The notes beneath the pieces were generated by a model that was not told the DNA's origin, ran no database searches, and was given only the letters and a program-made list of their open reading frames with translations. A program made the position numbers and the translations under genes. A DNA stretch of 64,000 nt from Marsupella aquatica (taxonomy: Eukaryota > Plantae > Marchantiophyta), in NCBI GenBank assembly GCA_973895155.1, contig OZ316897.1:22419455-22483454 (forward strand). The letters run 5' to 3'. The number at the start of each line of letters is the position of its first letter. The stretch's first letter is position 1. Positions 24,966 to 38,216 of the stretch are shown one piece after another.

Positions 24966-27728
24966 TTTACGTGAGATGTAAAATTTGAAGGGACGAGAGG
25001 CGGAGGTGGGGAGAGAGTGACGAGGGAGAATGCCATCATGACCACTCCTGATGAGTATCGTTCCTGTTTTGGGATTCCATCGCAAAACTTCTGCTTCCTA
25101 TGCTGCAGCAATACAAGCCCAGCAAGGGAATCCGTTACGAATTGACGCTTATACGTGCAAGAGATCTTCACAATACACTGAATGTCGGTCAGTCCAGCTG
25201 CGTGTACCAGAGTAATTCGTGACTACCCCATGTGCGATCACGAGCTGCCCAGAGGTGCACTTCGCTGCCCTCCCCTGCTGCTCACAGCCAATGTGACATG
25301 ACGCAGACGCAGATTGAGTTCATGGACGCGAATATATCCAAATGGAATTTTGAGAGGCGTTGTTGAGATATCAGCTCTTCCAGAACGCTTTCCTAGATGA
25401 CAATGCAATTGGAGAAGTCCATGGTTCGCCCTCCCAGGGCTACACGCAAGGTTAGCCAGAACTCTTTAAAACCCTGCTACAATAGGATCTCAATTAGAAC
25501 GGAAATCCACTCTGCAGTCCAAAAAGGCAAAATTGGAAGCACCGTTGAGAGGTAGCTGTAGGCCCCTTGATACTGGTGTCGCATAAAGTTGTTCACCCTT
25601 TCGTAACATTATTACTCCCAGGCGTATTAGGGTATGAGTCTGCAGAGCGATAATGTTAACCTCATGTAAGCCATGACGATGTACAAAAAAATAAGCAACG
25701 GGAAGGACGGGGATCCCTGATTCAACAAGACTAATGCACAGATCTGTAAAGCCCAAGAACCATCCAGTGGTGCGCACAAATTTTCTAATGTAGTATTTGG
25801 AAACTGGTCCCAATAACTCGGATGACGATTACAGACACAAAGCCCTGTCTCCTTGATCAGCTTTGGAGCATGGCGTTGAGTGGAGCAACAAATACAGAAA
25901 TAATAAATTCTCACAACAAAATAGAAAACAAAGGAGATTTGAAAAAATAATAATGACAAAAAAAACAAGTAACAAAATTTGAGACCTTCATTCTATAAGA
26001 AAAAATCTGGCAAAGAAACATCACAATAAACATAGAAAAACCATCCAGGAGTAATACGACCACGGAGTGAATCCGATGCCATTCACCATCCATTTGAGAA
26101 AGTATTAAAAAAAGACAATAAATTCCACCACGAAGACCGTTCAACATGGCCTTGGCCATACCTGCGATATGAATTGAACTGGATCAACTCATCAAATAAA
26201 TTCCTTGGGGTATCACCAGAGTCAATCTGCAGTTCTTAATAACAGGTAGAAACGCTCTACCATTCAAACAAATGCCCTTTAGGGTAAGGATTTACTTACA
26301 ACAGTCAGGTCCATCTCGAGGTGAACATATCCATCAATGAACAAATGACCTGAACTGGACACTCATGTTCATCTCCCCCGAGGAAAGATGTCTAAAGATC
26401 ATATGCCCATAACTGTCACATGCGGAGTCTTTGGACCAAAAATTAAGCTACACAAGTGGAACAAACAGAAACACATGGCATCAGCAGGGATGTTTCCAGC
26501 CACTTCCCATCATATACTGAAATCTGCAAAGGTGCTGAAATAGCAGCATGCAAATTTCTTAAACCATCGGCAACTTGGGCCGAGGTTTGAGTTCCAAAAA
26601 CGTTTCCACTATCACTTCCCCTGTCGCAGGTTTGGAACCTGCAGGCGTGGCCCTAAAAACAAATTTTGGGGTCCCATAATTGAAACCACGACCACTTTTC
26701 TGTGATTAGTTGCATGCCTCTTTCAAATAAATTGTCCAATTTAGCACAATGCAATCGGAAGAAGTCCACCCTTCAAGTGAAGCACTCAAGAGCTGAGAAG
26801 TACTACCTGCAAAACCTTCAGCCCAACTTACGAACAAGACACAAACCACACAGATTGGTGAAAACCAAAGGGCTCGGCAAGGAAACGACGTACTCGAGTA
26901 CAAATCACATCTTGGCGGTAACCACCTTTTACACGAAATGCCGACACGAGAAGAAATTCTATGTAATGAAAAAATGAGATAGCAACAACAAAGGTAATCT
27001 AGTACGGGCATGTATTACCAAAATATTTCAGAGAACCCATGTCAATATAACAGAAACTGTGGAAGATACAAATAAATCTCAGCCAGAAGATATTAAAGGA
27101 CTCACAATGCAACATGCTCACCAGATATTGATCAAGAAAATTGAAACCCTAGTCGTACAGAGACAGCGAGCACTGAAACTTCACTGCTCATGGTTCTGAT
27201 AAACGTTTCCTACAAAGCTTCACCAAACGATTTGTACATGGATCTATCTATACATTAAATTGGCAGGCCCCAAAAACTCGTCACCATCTAGAGGTGTCTG
27301 GCCTATGGCATGGACTCCAATGGTCCTACCTCCGGGAGCGAGCAAACTTGTAGAATAGAGCATTCCCTGAAAGATATATCCTGAACGTTGCGGAGGAGAC
27401 GTAACAATATCCTAACCCCAAACCCGTCAAAACTGCAGAGAATTCCCAGCGACTATAATGGCTTTGCTACAGACAGTAGAAACAGAAACTCGGATGTTTA
27501 CAGACATTATCAGCCATGTTACAATCAGAGTATCAAAGGGAACCTTTCAGCATCAGGGTCTGTGAAGATAAAAATAATTTTCCTTTCCTAAAGCTTTTGA
27601 AGAATCTATATTGACAAAGGTCCAGGTGTAACGCTACAATACAGTTTTGGGCCTCTTAATTCTTATCCCAAAATGAAGTGAAATTGATGCCGATGGAGAG
27701 CCCCATTCTGATGGAGAAGCCACGTCAA

Positions 27729-30700
27729 TCATCCTTTCACAGACACTTCTTCTGCCCGTGCCATGGCCATTGCTCTAACTGCTGCACAGTTAACCCACAA
27801 GTTTGTCAACGCTGGATACAGAATCTGTTCAAGATATGAAGCTCAAGCGATGGGTAAAACAGGGCAAACGAAACCAGAGAAACAAGCCAACAAAAAGTCT
27901 TTGTGCGACAACGCTTAGCGAAAGATAGGTGTCAAGGTTTAAGCACATAATATATCACGTAAGATGTTCAATAGTGTTCGCAGAACAGCTTTAAAGAAAA
28001 GAAATCTTAAAGGATTTGAGAAAATCATTTGACTTACACTTCTTGTGTGACCTTATAGCTGAGGCAGCAATCTCTGCAGCAGCTTCGGCGGCTTCTGCTT
28101 CTGCTTCTGCTTGTTCAGCTTCACGGGCTGCTTGTTCTGCGGCTGCTGCCGCAGCTTCTGCTTCCGCCACAGCCTGCACTGCAGCACGTGCAGCTTCTTC
28201 GGCAGTCCTCATTTTTGATCGAGCAACCTCGGCATCGACTACTGTCTTTGGTTTCCTCATACTCATGTCACCTCTCATCTTTTTCGCTGGGTCCCTTGGA
28301 AATCGAGGTGTTCGTCGCGTTTCCTCCGGAATTCCTTCTGGTCTTCGTCTGGAATCTCTTTCTGGTCTGGTTCTTTTGATTGGCTTTGCCTCCGACGGGC
28401 TATTACTCACATTATCATTGGCAACCTTGTAATTTTGCTTGACCTACACAGACATCCAAGAAAGTCAATAGTGGGTAAAAGTTCTAAAAGGTTCCATACG
28501 GACAAAGGGCTATCTGGATCCCAAGGTCTGCCTACCTTTATGAGCTTTCCCTGCAATGCTAAGGCCTTTAACTTTGACGTGAGTAGTCTCCGGAAGTTGG
28601 ATGGTACTGGATGACGTTCCTGCAAAATAGTTCTCAAGTCGTGAGATAGTCCGGCCGATCTTACAGCCCCTTTGGATATCAGAACAGCTAGCACCATTAA
28701 TTTTTAACAATCTCTAGTGACTCTACATGTTCACCACAGACCGTCAAGGTTCCCCAAACTTTCGATGTCTGAGTAGGTCTAAGTCATGATTCACTTGATA
28801 TTCACCGTCCTGCGTGAATCCTACAGCCTCTTGTCAGGTATTCTTTCAAAACGACATTTTCAATTACAAAAGGTTTTTACTTACCAAGTGAACTATTTTA
28901 GGATTTTGCAGAAAATTGCAAAAGGAGAGGCACGTGAAAAATAGGATGCAAAATGTGAAGAGCGACAGTACGAGAGTAACAATTCCTACGATTGAACTAT
29001 CAAAACCACGGGTTCTCATTGAGAGAGAAAAGAATTGCCATGAAACAAGAGGAGGCTACTAACCTCGATGTAACTGGCAATTGACGCATTGCTGGAACCA
29101 TTTGAATCTTTAAGTCCCAAGATAGCTTCCACAACTATATCATCGTATCTGTAAGAACGCGGCAAATCATTAACACCGATCACAATTAGACGTAGACCTA
29201 GTTAAGCCATTTGCACTACATTTTACAAAGGCACAACGTCAATAATTGAACCATTAGCATTGACGCAAAACTGTTGACAACTTGAAGAATCACAGCTAAA
29301 ATTGGCAGGGCCAGTTAGCATAGGGCCATATCTGCACAAACTAACAATCCACTACAGTCCGGATTTGCAAGTCCCAAATGTCTATTGCAATTCTATGCTT
29401 GAAACATGACAACAATTTTTACCATAACAATTAGGTTTACCTGGGACCAAGGGACTTCCGATCTGATGACTTTTGTCCAGAACCTGCCAGTGGAAGAGGC
29501 TTAGAATCTCCATCTGGAGACATAGATGCCAATGGGGTAACTGCAACTGCTTCCTCCATTAAAGTCATGAGGCCTGACCCACCTGCCAAGGCAAGAGACT
29601 TTCTCTCCCTGTTTGTCCCCGGCCCGTTCGCACTGACACTCATGTTCCGCCATTTGTCCTGCACAAATGACGACGTTAGTGAACCCTAGCTCCACAAACC
29701 TGATTGATAATCACGACGGACCAAAAAGACAAACGATATAATTAATCCTCACAGATACGTAGAATGCAGCTAGATCTTAAGCGAGAAGCAAAGGGTTTGG
29801 AGACGGTCTGTCAAATTGAGTCCACAAATGCAAGAGGATAGCAAACACTAATAGGTACTGATCTTTGCGCTTGGAGCCTAATGTCACTATATTTTTTAAG
29901 CAGCAATCCTTCGCCCTATTTTTCAAGAGAGGAACCACCCAAATAAAATCAGGTCCCAATTCTGAAATGATCGTAATACTCCGATCTGACAGCAGCTAAC
30001 CCAATTATGGATTATGAGATCCACAAATTCTTTTGAACACTGGATGCGAATCAACAATCTCTCAGACCTATACTTCAGCTCACTCAGCAGCTCAAAGAAA
30101 ACCGTAGTGTTTCTCGCGTGACTACAGATTCATGTCGGAGTTGAACAGGTTCTGCTACGTGACAGGAAAACGTGTCCCTCAGTTCTCATAATTCGGGCGG
30201 GGCTTGGCTACTGACAACTACTTTAACTGCGATCGGATGAGTGATTTCGATTAGGTGCCGATCCTGAACATACGAGTCCAATCTCCCATTGACATCAAAG
30301 TACGGCCAGGGGCTTCCACAATGACGCGTCCTATAGATTTCAATCTACTGGCCACTGAGATGCTCCCAATTAAACTCACGTACACAACTATCATTCCGAC
30401 GGGTAAGACGGCGAAGTTTTCTTAGATAGGACCAATTAGGTCACGGTTGGTGTAACTCGTAAATAGTGACGAAAAATGATAGGGCCTTCAGAGAAAGTGA
30501 CACGCACATCAAGATTGCCTTGACAGAAGTAGCATTTCAAGAATTCGCAACTTAGCAACACGGCGGGTAATTCGATGCGAAGGTCAAACTTGGGCAAATG
30601 TTCACCAGGCAGTGCTAACTGAATCAAAATTAGCAACCCTAGTCTTGCAAGAAACGCAAAAAAACGAGGGCAAGGAGAGAGCAATGGGATGCTATGTTCC

Positions 30701-31011
30701 GACTTGGCATTACAGACCGCCATAAACCTTACGAGGAGCCTCGCACTTTGCATTAGAAAAACTAACAGGCGTACTGAAAAACTCACATCGAATAACGAAG
30801 TTGCTCACGGCAAGAAACAAACAGAGCAATTACTTCTCAAGGCATGGTCAGAGGGACGTACTTTGAGGTCCACGTTTGAGCGAGATGTCAGGCAAGGACC
30901 AAATTTGGCGTCCTTTTGGATCGCCCGCCATTTGCCGGGCCCGTACTTCTCGACTCCGGCCCGCAGAGCGGCTTCCTCTTCTGCCGTCCACTTTTGCTTC
31001 GGCGCACCCAT
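27729..31011 (-). CDS. TRB: Telomere repeat-binding factor (single-Myb-histone family: Myb/telobox, linker-histone H1/5 globular domain, coiled coil), ~331 aa; exons 31011-30862, 29658-29441, 29148-29064, 28619-28536, 28443-28038, 27781-27729
   Basis: [28 protein letters not shown]...RSNVDLK|DKWRN telobox Myb; [28 protein letters not shown]|[20 protein letters not shown]1 domain; Ala/Glu-rich [17 protein letters not shown] coiled coil. GT-AG introns keep frame (996 nt). The last exon is less certain. Confidence 0.93.
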
Positions 31012-34000
31012 AGTATTCCGTATCCCGTGGTCAGGAAGGCAATACCTTAACTTCTTTCCAAAACCCTTATCACCACGCGCTCAATCTGGACCCGTTTCAT
31101 GTCACCAACACTAGCTTTCATGGACTCCTCTACTCTAACGGAGACAACAAAGGAAGCTTCTCCACTTGTCAAAGCTCCAACTTCCCAGCGTCTGAGGGCC
31201 AATGCTCTGAAAATTATTCAGTTACATCGGATCACCATGCCTCTAATATACACCTCGAGATGTCCCACAGACTATATACGCGGTGAAGACATGATCTGAA
31301 AAATGTGGTCGGTGAACACCGTCAAGACAAGGTTCCTATTGAGCCATTGCGACACACAACGCACCAAGTTACAAGAAAAACTGCCCGAGATATGTCTAGC
31401 TAGGCTAAGAAAGATCGCCAGTACTCTGCTTCCTTGGTGGATTACTAAGGAGAATTAGGTCAGAATAGTCACGATGGATGTGAATTAGGGTTAGGGCTCC
31501 GAGAAGAGTGAAGAACTGAGCGCGATGTAAGCCCAAACGTTCACAATTTGGATGGGCATTAGAGGTACTGATATGGAGATGTGCCCTTGGGTATGACAAG
31601 GGCAGACTAGATAAGTGCAGGGAATCGAGAGAAAGAATGAGATACTGTTAACAGAGAGGGAAGGCAGAGGAGAATAACACAACGGAATATGAGAACGCTC
31701 TCCGTTTCTTGAGCGAAATGCTACTGGCAGGGAAAACTGTGACTTCTCCTAAAACTTGACTACTCCCTATACATCCCACTGATGCGACAATTTGTCACGA
31801 TTGCGCCCCTCTCGATGGCCAAGAAACCGGACTCGGTCCTCCCAACATTTCGATGAAAACAGAACTCACCCTCAACCGTGGTCATGCCCGAGATGCTGCT
31901 TCCCCTCGCAACAGACATGTGAACCACAATTGCGATAGCGACCCACGCCCACCCATCAATTCCCGGCTACCACTCCGATTTCCTCAGCCCTAACCGAAAG
32001 TCTCTCCAATGTCCCACCCTCCCCCTCCTGACCTTCTCTCTACTCCGTTTCCTTCGATCATCACCGATCTTCCCTCAACCTCCACCCTCTCTACAACGCG
32101 GAAGAAGAAAACTCCTGCCCAGTCAAGCTCATTCCTCCCTTCCTTCATCTAAGCCCCCCTCTCCTCCTCGTTGCTCTCTTACGGTTTCCCACACCGACCT
32201 CGTTCAATCAATCATCCCAACTTCCTCCCCCTCCCCCTCCCCCTCCTCCAAACACCAGAACCTCTGCTCTCGACACTCCTATCTTCCTCTGCCCTCTCCG
32301 TTTTCTCCTTTCATTCCCAATCTCCGGATCCTCGACCTCGACTCTCTCTCCCACGACGACTCACTCACTCACTCAATCAATCAATCGTCCGAAACTTCTC
32401 CTCCTCTCCTCTTTCGCACCATCACCATCACCACCACCACCAACCCCACACAGCTTCACACCCTCCTCTCCTCCACAACACCAGCGAAACACGAGAAGTT
32501 GTCGAGAGAAAGAGCACAGAGCAGAGCAAGAGCCAAGAGGAGCAGATTAGGTCAGGTCCGGCCAGCAGCGACAGAGCGGGCCCTCCGCTCGCATGGGAAC
32601 GCTTTGGTTGGGCAGGCCACTGCATGGAAAGCCAAAGTACCATACTATACTACCCCTACACTACCACTACCACTACCACTACTGTACAGACCCATACAAA
32701 CGTTCTCTGCGGGGAAAAACAATTTTTTGAAACCAATTCGCAGGGTGCGGGGTCCCCCGGCTGTCTGCGAATAACGAGCCCGGGTTTCGGGTTGCCCGAA
32801 CCCCCCTCGCCAATGAGCAAACAGGTACCCGATATTCTTTTTCGCCGGTAATCGTAAACCACTTAATTTTAATTTCCCTGTAAAGCTTCCTCGGCACTCA
32901 ACGCCGGTCTGGACTCCCCCATGAGACCGACTTGAACTCCCCGCTCCGCCCGTAACTCCAAATATAGTACTTGCAGATAAGAGTCACGCATTTGGAGCCT
33001 GTGGGTATACTTGAGTAGCATGGATTGATTGGATTCGGAACGTGGATGGGGCTCCACAGACTACCTGTGGTATAATGGCTTTTTCTTCCATCGCAAAGCG
33101 GATCAGTGTTTTGACGCACGAACGTATATCCAATTTTTTTGAAAAACTTTTAACAGAATAATGCGCCGGAGCCGTTGATTCTCGGAGATCGGAGGCTGGG
33201 GAGACGTCTGTTTCTGCTTTGGGTGGTTAGGTGCGTACGGCCTTTGCACGTCCGTGTCAACGAATTTCCTCACTTTGACAGCTCGAAGGAATCCGGATTC
33301 CAAAATTCTCTGACGGGGGCCGTCCGATTCTCTGAATGATCGACCACTGTCATTGCCCTGTCAGGCATCTTGGACAACATTCGGTATCCTCGCAGGAATT
33401 CAGAATTTGTGGCTGTCCTTCAACTTCTTGAGAAAAGGTGAGAAATAAAATAAACATGGACGAGTCAAGTGAGTTCTCATTCCCATCACCTGATTATTGT
33501 CGTTTCTGCCTTTTCCTCGGTTACCCCGAGACCTGTTTGTCGTTTCTAGTTTGGCTACTTTTGGTCTCCACCAATTTTATGAAGTTTGCCTCTTGATAAG
33601 AGCTTGGGCCATTGACAAGTTGATCTTCCAAGGTAGGTAAGTTTTAAGGTTTTTCCTTTCCCCCCAGGGTGGCCAAAATGTCACCTTGTGTGAAGGAGAA
33701 GATGCACAGAATATCTCTTACTTAAATTTTTCACAGATTAATTTCTGATCATTAGATCTCGATAGGATTTAGGGTCATCCTTGCAAATGTGAGGGTCCCC
33801 CAAATTTATCTACCCTTTAAGTGATCAGGTGGCACATGCTTACTCTTCGAGCCTTTCCTGCCTCACCCTCCTTGAGTGCCAGTCCTCATGGCAGCAATTC
33901 AGTTTTTTCAAGGGCAAGGGCCAGAAACTTTCCGGCCCTTCGCCGTCCTAACCTTTCAAATTCATAAACGACAAAAATATAGTGCTAACGACTAAGGGGT

Positions 34001-34759
34001 TGAAATGACAAAGGAGGAAACACTAGTGAGTGGGAGCATTGCACTATTGCCTTGGACTATTGTGTTTTAATTTGGTCATACATTTTTTCCCCTCTTTTGT
34101 GAGCAAGTAAGGGCAGCTTTTTAAAGGACTCTTGCACATGCAAGACAGCCCTTAGTACAAGAGACCCATTAGATTCTGCCTAATGGGTCATGGAGATGTG
34201 GAAACTGGCTGATGATCCCAAAGTTTTGCCAAAAATGGTGATGACTTTTGAATAAGCTAACCTACTTCATTCATTAAACTACCTAAGCAAGGGCACAAAC
34301 CTCAAAGCAAAATGGGCAGCATACCTTACATAAAGCAGAGTTCAATTGTGGGGCCAGTTAATGTTGCAACTATTTCACTATTCACCATGGGTGGGGCATG
34401 CTGAGAAAAGGTCATGTTTGCAATGGTAATTAAGCAATGTTATTTGTCCAAGTTGACAGAAATACTAAGAGCAAAACCAAGTATTCTGGGACCAAGTTGC
34501 AACCTACTTGGCAGCAGCACATGGGGAATAAAAAGGGACAAATCTGCAGTTGAGGCAAATGAGGAGCAACAAAGTGAAATAAAGGGACCAAATAGAAAAC
34601 ATGTAAAAGGGGGAAAAAATTATTTTTAATTTTTTTATTGATATGTTTTTCCTTTTCTCATGCGATTGTGCTTGTCGCTCTCACCTGACCCGCATCCCGA
34701 TATGCTTAACACATGCAAGTTGAACATTGCTTTTGTTGTTATGGGTTGAACTGACGGGC

Positions 34760-35570
34760 AACTTGCCGAGTTGCCGGGCATGTAAACTCGGCATTTGCCG
34801 GACTAAAAAGCCTCTATTTGACACATATTCGCACTTATTCCCCAGCCCGGCCTGAACTCTTCCCGGCCTCCTCCCGGACGCTGCCGCCCTTCCCCTCCCA
34901 GCACCCAGCCCGGCCCGAACTCTTCCCGGATGCTGCTGCCCTTCCCCTCCCGGCACCCGGCCCGGCCCCTCCCCCTCACCCGGCCCGGCCTGGCCTCCTC
35001 CCCTCCCGAGCTGCCCCCCCTCCCGCTCCCGCTCCCCTCCTCCTCCCCCCCTCCCGAACCCCATCCTCCTCCCGCTCCCCTCCCGCTCCCCTCCTCCCGA
35101 ACCCCCTCCCCCCCCTCCCGAACCCCCTCCCCCCCCTCCCGAACCCCTTCCCCTCCTCCCTTCCTCCCACCTCCTCCCGCTCCCCTCCTCCCGCTCCCCT
35201 CCTCCCGAACCCCCCTTCTTCCCCCCTCCCCTCCTCCCGAACTGCCTCCTTCCCCTCCCGGGCTCCCCCTCCTCCCTGCCGGGCCGGGGCCTATTAATAG
35301 GGGAGACCGGGGGCGGGGGGCCGGGACTGGGGAGTGAAAGACGGGGGAGGCCGGGACCGGGACCGGGGGAGTGAAAGATGGGGGAGGCCGGGGCCGGGAC
35401 CGGGGGAGACCGGGGGGGGGGGGAACTCGGGCCGGGGCTGGGGCCGGGAGATCATGGCTGGGCTGGTAGGTCATGGCCGGGCCGGGCCGGGATATGGAGA
35501 CCGGGACGGTCCGGGTGCCGACTTGCCGGTTGACGGCCTCTAAAGGCTCTATTTGCCGGGCAAGTCACAC
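34760..35570. repeat. GC-rich strand-asymmetric low-complexity element (C-rich arm, CTATTAATAG centre, G-rich arm)
   Basis: 34840-35280 is C/T-rich with CCCGAACCCC, CCCGCTCCC and CCCGGCCCGG units. After the palindrome CCTATTAATAGG (35290-35301) the strand becomes G-rich (GGCCGGGACCGGG). TTGCCG motifs recur at both ends. Confidence 0.75.
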
Positions 35571-36605
35571 ATTGGGAGGAGAAAACCTTTTTTGGGAGCT
35601 GCTCAAATCAGTTGAGCCTGCGTCCTCCAATCAACCATAAAAACTGTTGAAACAAACAAAGTGGCGGACGGGCAAGTAATATGTGGGCATCTGCCAAATA
35701 GTTTGGGCCAGATCCCAAATAAACAAAAGCTAAAAGACACTGCTTATTTTGTTCTTTATTTGCTTGGTGCCCTCCACTTAGAAGTATGAGATAAATTAAC
35801 GGCTTAAGCATTCATCATTACCATAATACTTAGAGGATGGCTTACTGGGAAATTTGGTCGATTTTTGTGTGAAACAAACTAAAAGCAAACCTCAAGGTTG
35901 GCTGTGTTTGAGCACAGGAATTGGCATGGAATCCAGAAACTGAAAGGGTTCACCCTTGCCCTCCCCAACAAAAACAACACAATCACTCAGAACAACAACA
36001 CTTAGCACCAAAATTATATCATTTCCATAAAAATGACCACCCAAGCAAAATGGTAAGATTCTGCACCCAAAAGCATCATTGTACATACAACACAATTCAA
36101 ACTACAACACTTGTTTGCTTCACTTGCAATTCTTTACCTCATCTCAATTTTGTGGAATGCATGGCTGGGTATTGTTGCATCAACTATCGCATGGCTGCAA
36201 CAAGTGCATGGTCACAACAACAATCCTCATTTGCAATTTGCCTCATCTTGACCTTTTTGTGCCATGCACAGGTATTGTACAATCAACGAGAACATGGCAA
36301 CAATGACTTTGTGCTAAGCACAAACATTGGACTCTCAAACACTATATTTTGCAACAACATGGTCTATATACAAAAACCCCAATTTAGTGTGTGCATATTT
36401 GACACTACAATATCTTTGATATTGGGTCTACATATGAACACCTTTTGGGGCGATGCCTATTTGCAAAAACAAAAATGGCAGGAATGGACACTGCATTTTC
36501 ACTGAAAACAATTATTCATTATCATTTATTTGGGAAAAACAACCCTCTTGCCTCCTAGCAGGGCGTCCACTTCACCCTCCAGTACACCTATTTCCGTAGT
36601 GTGCC

Positions 36606-37062
36606 TGTTGGGTATTTACTCTTACGTCTAGGTTAGGTATGACGTGGTTGGTACAACAACGTGGGTTGGTACAACTACGTGGTTAGGTACAACTACGTGA
36701 TTAGGTACAACTATGTGGTCAGGTACAACTACGTGATTATGTACAACTATGTGGTTAGGTACAACTACGTGATTAGGTACAACTATGTGGTTAGGTACAA
36801 CTAAGTTGCACACTATATCATAAGAGGCATGTGTACTTGGAGAGGTAGAACCAAGGCTCATTGTTATGGAGCCACTTGAGAGATAGGGAGAGCTTACACT
36901 GTGGAGACTCGGTATAGCCGACGGGCTTAGAGTTCAGTAAAGCTCTCTTGTGTGTTCCCGTGGACGTAGCCTCAAGGAGGTGAACCACGTATCTCTTGTG
37001 TCGACTATTGTGCGTTGGATGGTTCATGGGCTTGCCGTTGCGATCGTCGTCTATGCTCAACA
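36606..37062 (+). repeat. 5' LTR (457 bp) containing 8 full and 1 partial 18-bp tandem units
   Basis: Unit consensus GTACAACTA(C/T)GTG(G/A)TTAG from 36651; otherwise near-identical to the 3' LTR. Confidence 0.97.
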
Positions 37063-37064
37063 AT

Positions 37065-37076
37065 TGGTATCAGAGC
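37065..37076 (+). promoter_or_regulatory. Primer-binding site complementary to the 3' end of initiator tRNA-Met
   Basis: TGGTATCAGAGC located 2 nt after the 5' LTR end. Confidence 0.95.
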
Positions 37077-38216
37077 ATGCTTGGGAGGTGACGTGTGTTC
37101 GTGATGGGATTTCATGATGGTTTTTCCAGCGTTGAGTGTTGGTGGATTTTCCAGAGTTCCATCGCATGGAACTTGGAGTTTATGGGCTCAACGGATAGAT
37201 CAGGGCAAGAGCTTTCTAACGGTGTGAAGAAATCGTTGAACGGAGCTCGTGGTGCAGAGAGATCTAAGTTTTCGTCGTTCTGGATTTTGTGAAGAAAGTT
37301 GGCAATCGACTCGGAGGGAGAAGCGTCAAGTGTTTTGACTCAACGGAGAGATTGAGGCAAGACGATTGTTTTTGAGTCCGGGATTGGCTCTTTGATGCAA
37401 AGAGGAAGGCTAAGCAAAATCAATTACCTTGTTGGACTTGGTGACGGCACCAAGTGCAATTGATCAACATTCGTTGTTAACAAGGTACCATTTTTTTCTC
37501 TTTGAAAAACTGATTCGAAATTGGCTATGGCAATTGAGAGAAATCTGTCATCTTTACCAATTTTTTTCTCCCTCGTTCTTTCCTCGTTTTGGGTGCTTCT
37601 TATATCGATCTTCATCGCCTCGGAGTCTAGTTTCCAAATCTGAAATCGGATCTTGATTTCGTCAAAACCCGAGTGAGATATCTTGCGTTTGGTGTCGAGG
37701 GGTACATTCTGCCGTGTGTATTTTCTGCGCGCGCGACCAGATTTCGACGACGAAGGGTGGTAGGGGGTTTTGGGGGTTCGAGGACACATGTCAGCCCCTC
37801 GATTGTTCTTCCAAAATTCCCACAGGGCCTGTACAAGGGTCATAGAATATTCCAAAAAACCAGAGAGCTATTTTTTGACCGTCCGACAAAGATTTCATCC
37901 GCCGAACGGTAACTTTTTTGGTTATTTTTCGGCGAGGTCATAGCCATTGAAGTTGGCAATGCAGCGCACCAATCACATCGCAATTCCGACAACGGGTTGT
38001 ACTTGGTATTTCGGTTATTCCCTGAGGTGGTCAAAACGGGGGAGTTTCCCAAGGTTTTACCCACCTCGACCGAAATTTGAATAACTTTTCCGTCAAATTT
38101 CGATTTTGATTTTGGTTTTCAGTATTGGACTCCTAGCTTTGTGGGCTACGCGGCGGTGTTGAGTTTCGAGTTTTTTGAGAAGTTGTGAAAAACAACATTT
38201 TTTGTGACTTTCTCAT

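Noticed and set aside
28016-28432. Ala/Ser-rich plus-strand ORF
   Set aside because: It is the antisense shadow of the TRB coiled-coil exon.
32171-32851. 226-aa His/Ser/Thr-rich ORF
   Set aside because: It has a non-ATG start and is made of CT, CAC and TAC microsatellites, antisense to the probable TRB leader and promoter.
34681-35543. Pro-rich or Gly-rich ORFs resembling extensin or formin
   Set aside because: Several frames on both strands are open because GC-only low-complexity DNA lacks stops; no signal peptide or exon structure is visible.
35921-36505. 194-aa ORF next to the copia insertion
   Set aside because: No recognisable motif, and the CA/TG-rich, CpG-depleted composition is typical of decayed repeat DNA.
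36651-36810. 18-bp repeat array as a CRISPR array or a VVPNH-repeat protein (ORFs 36628-36861 and 42738-42935)
   Set aside because: The units are head-to-tail with no unique spacers, lie inside both LTRs and have no cas genes nearby; the peptide repeat is just the antisense translation.
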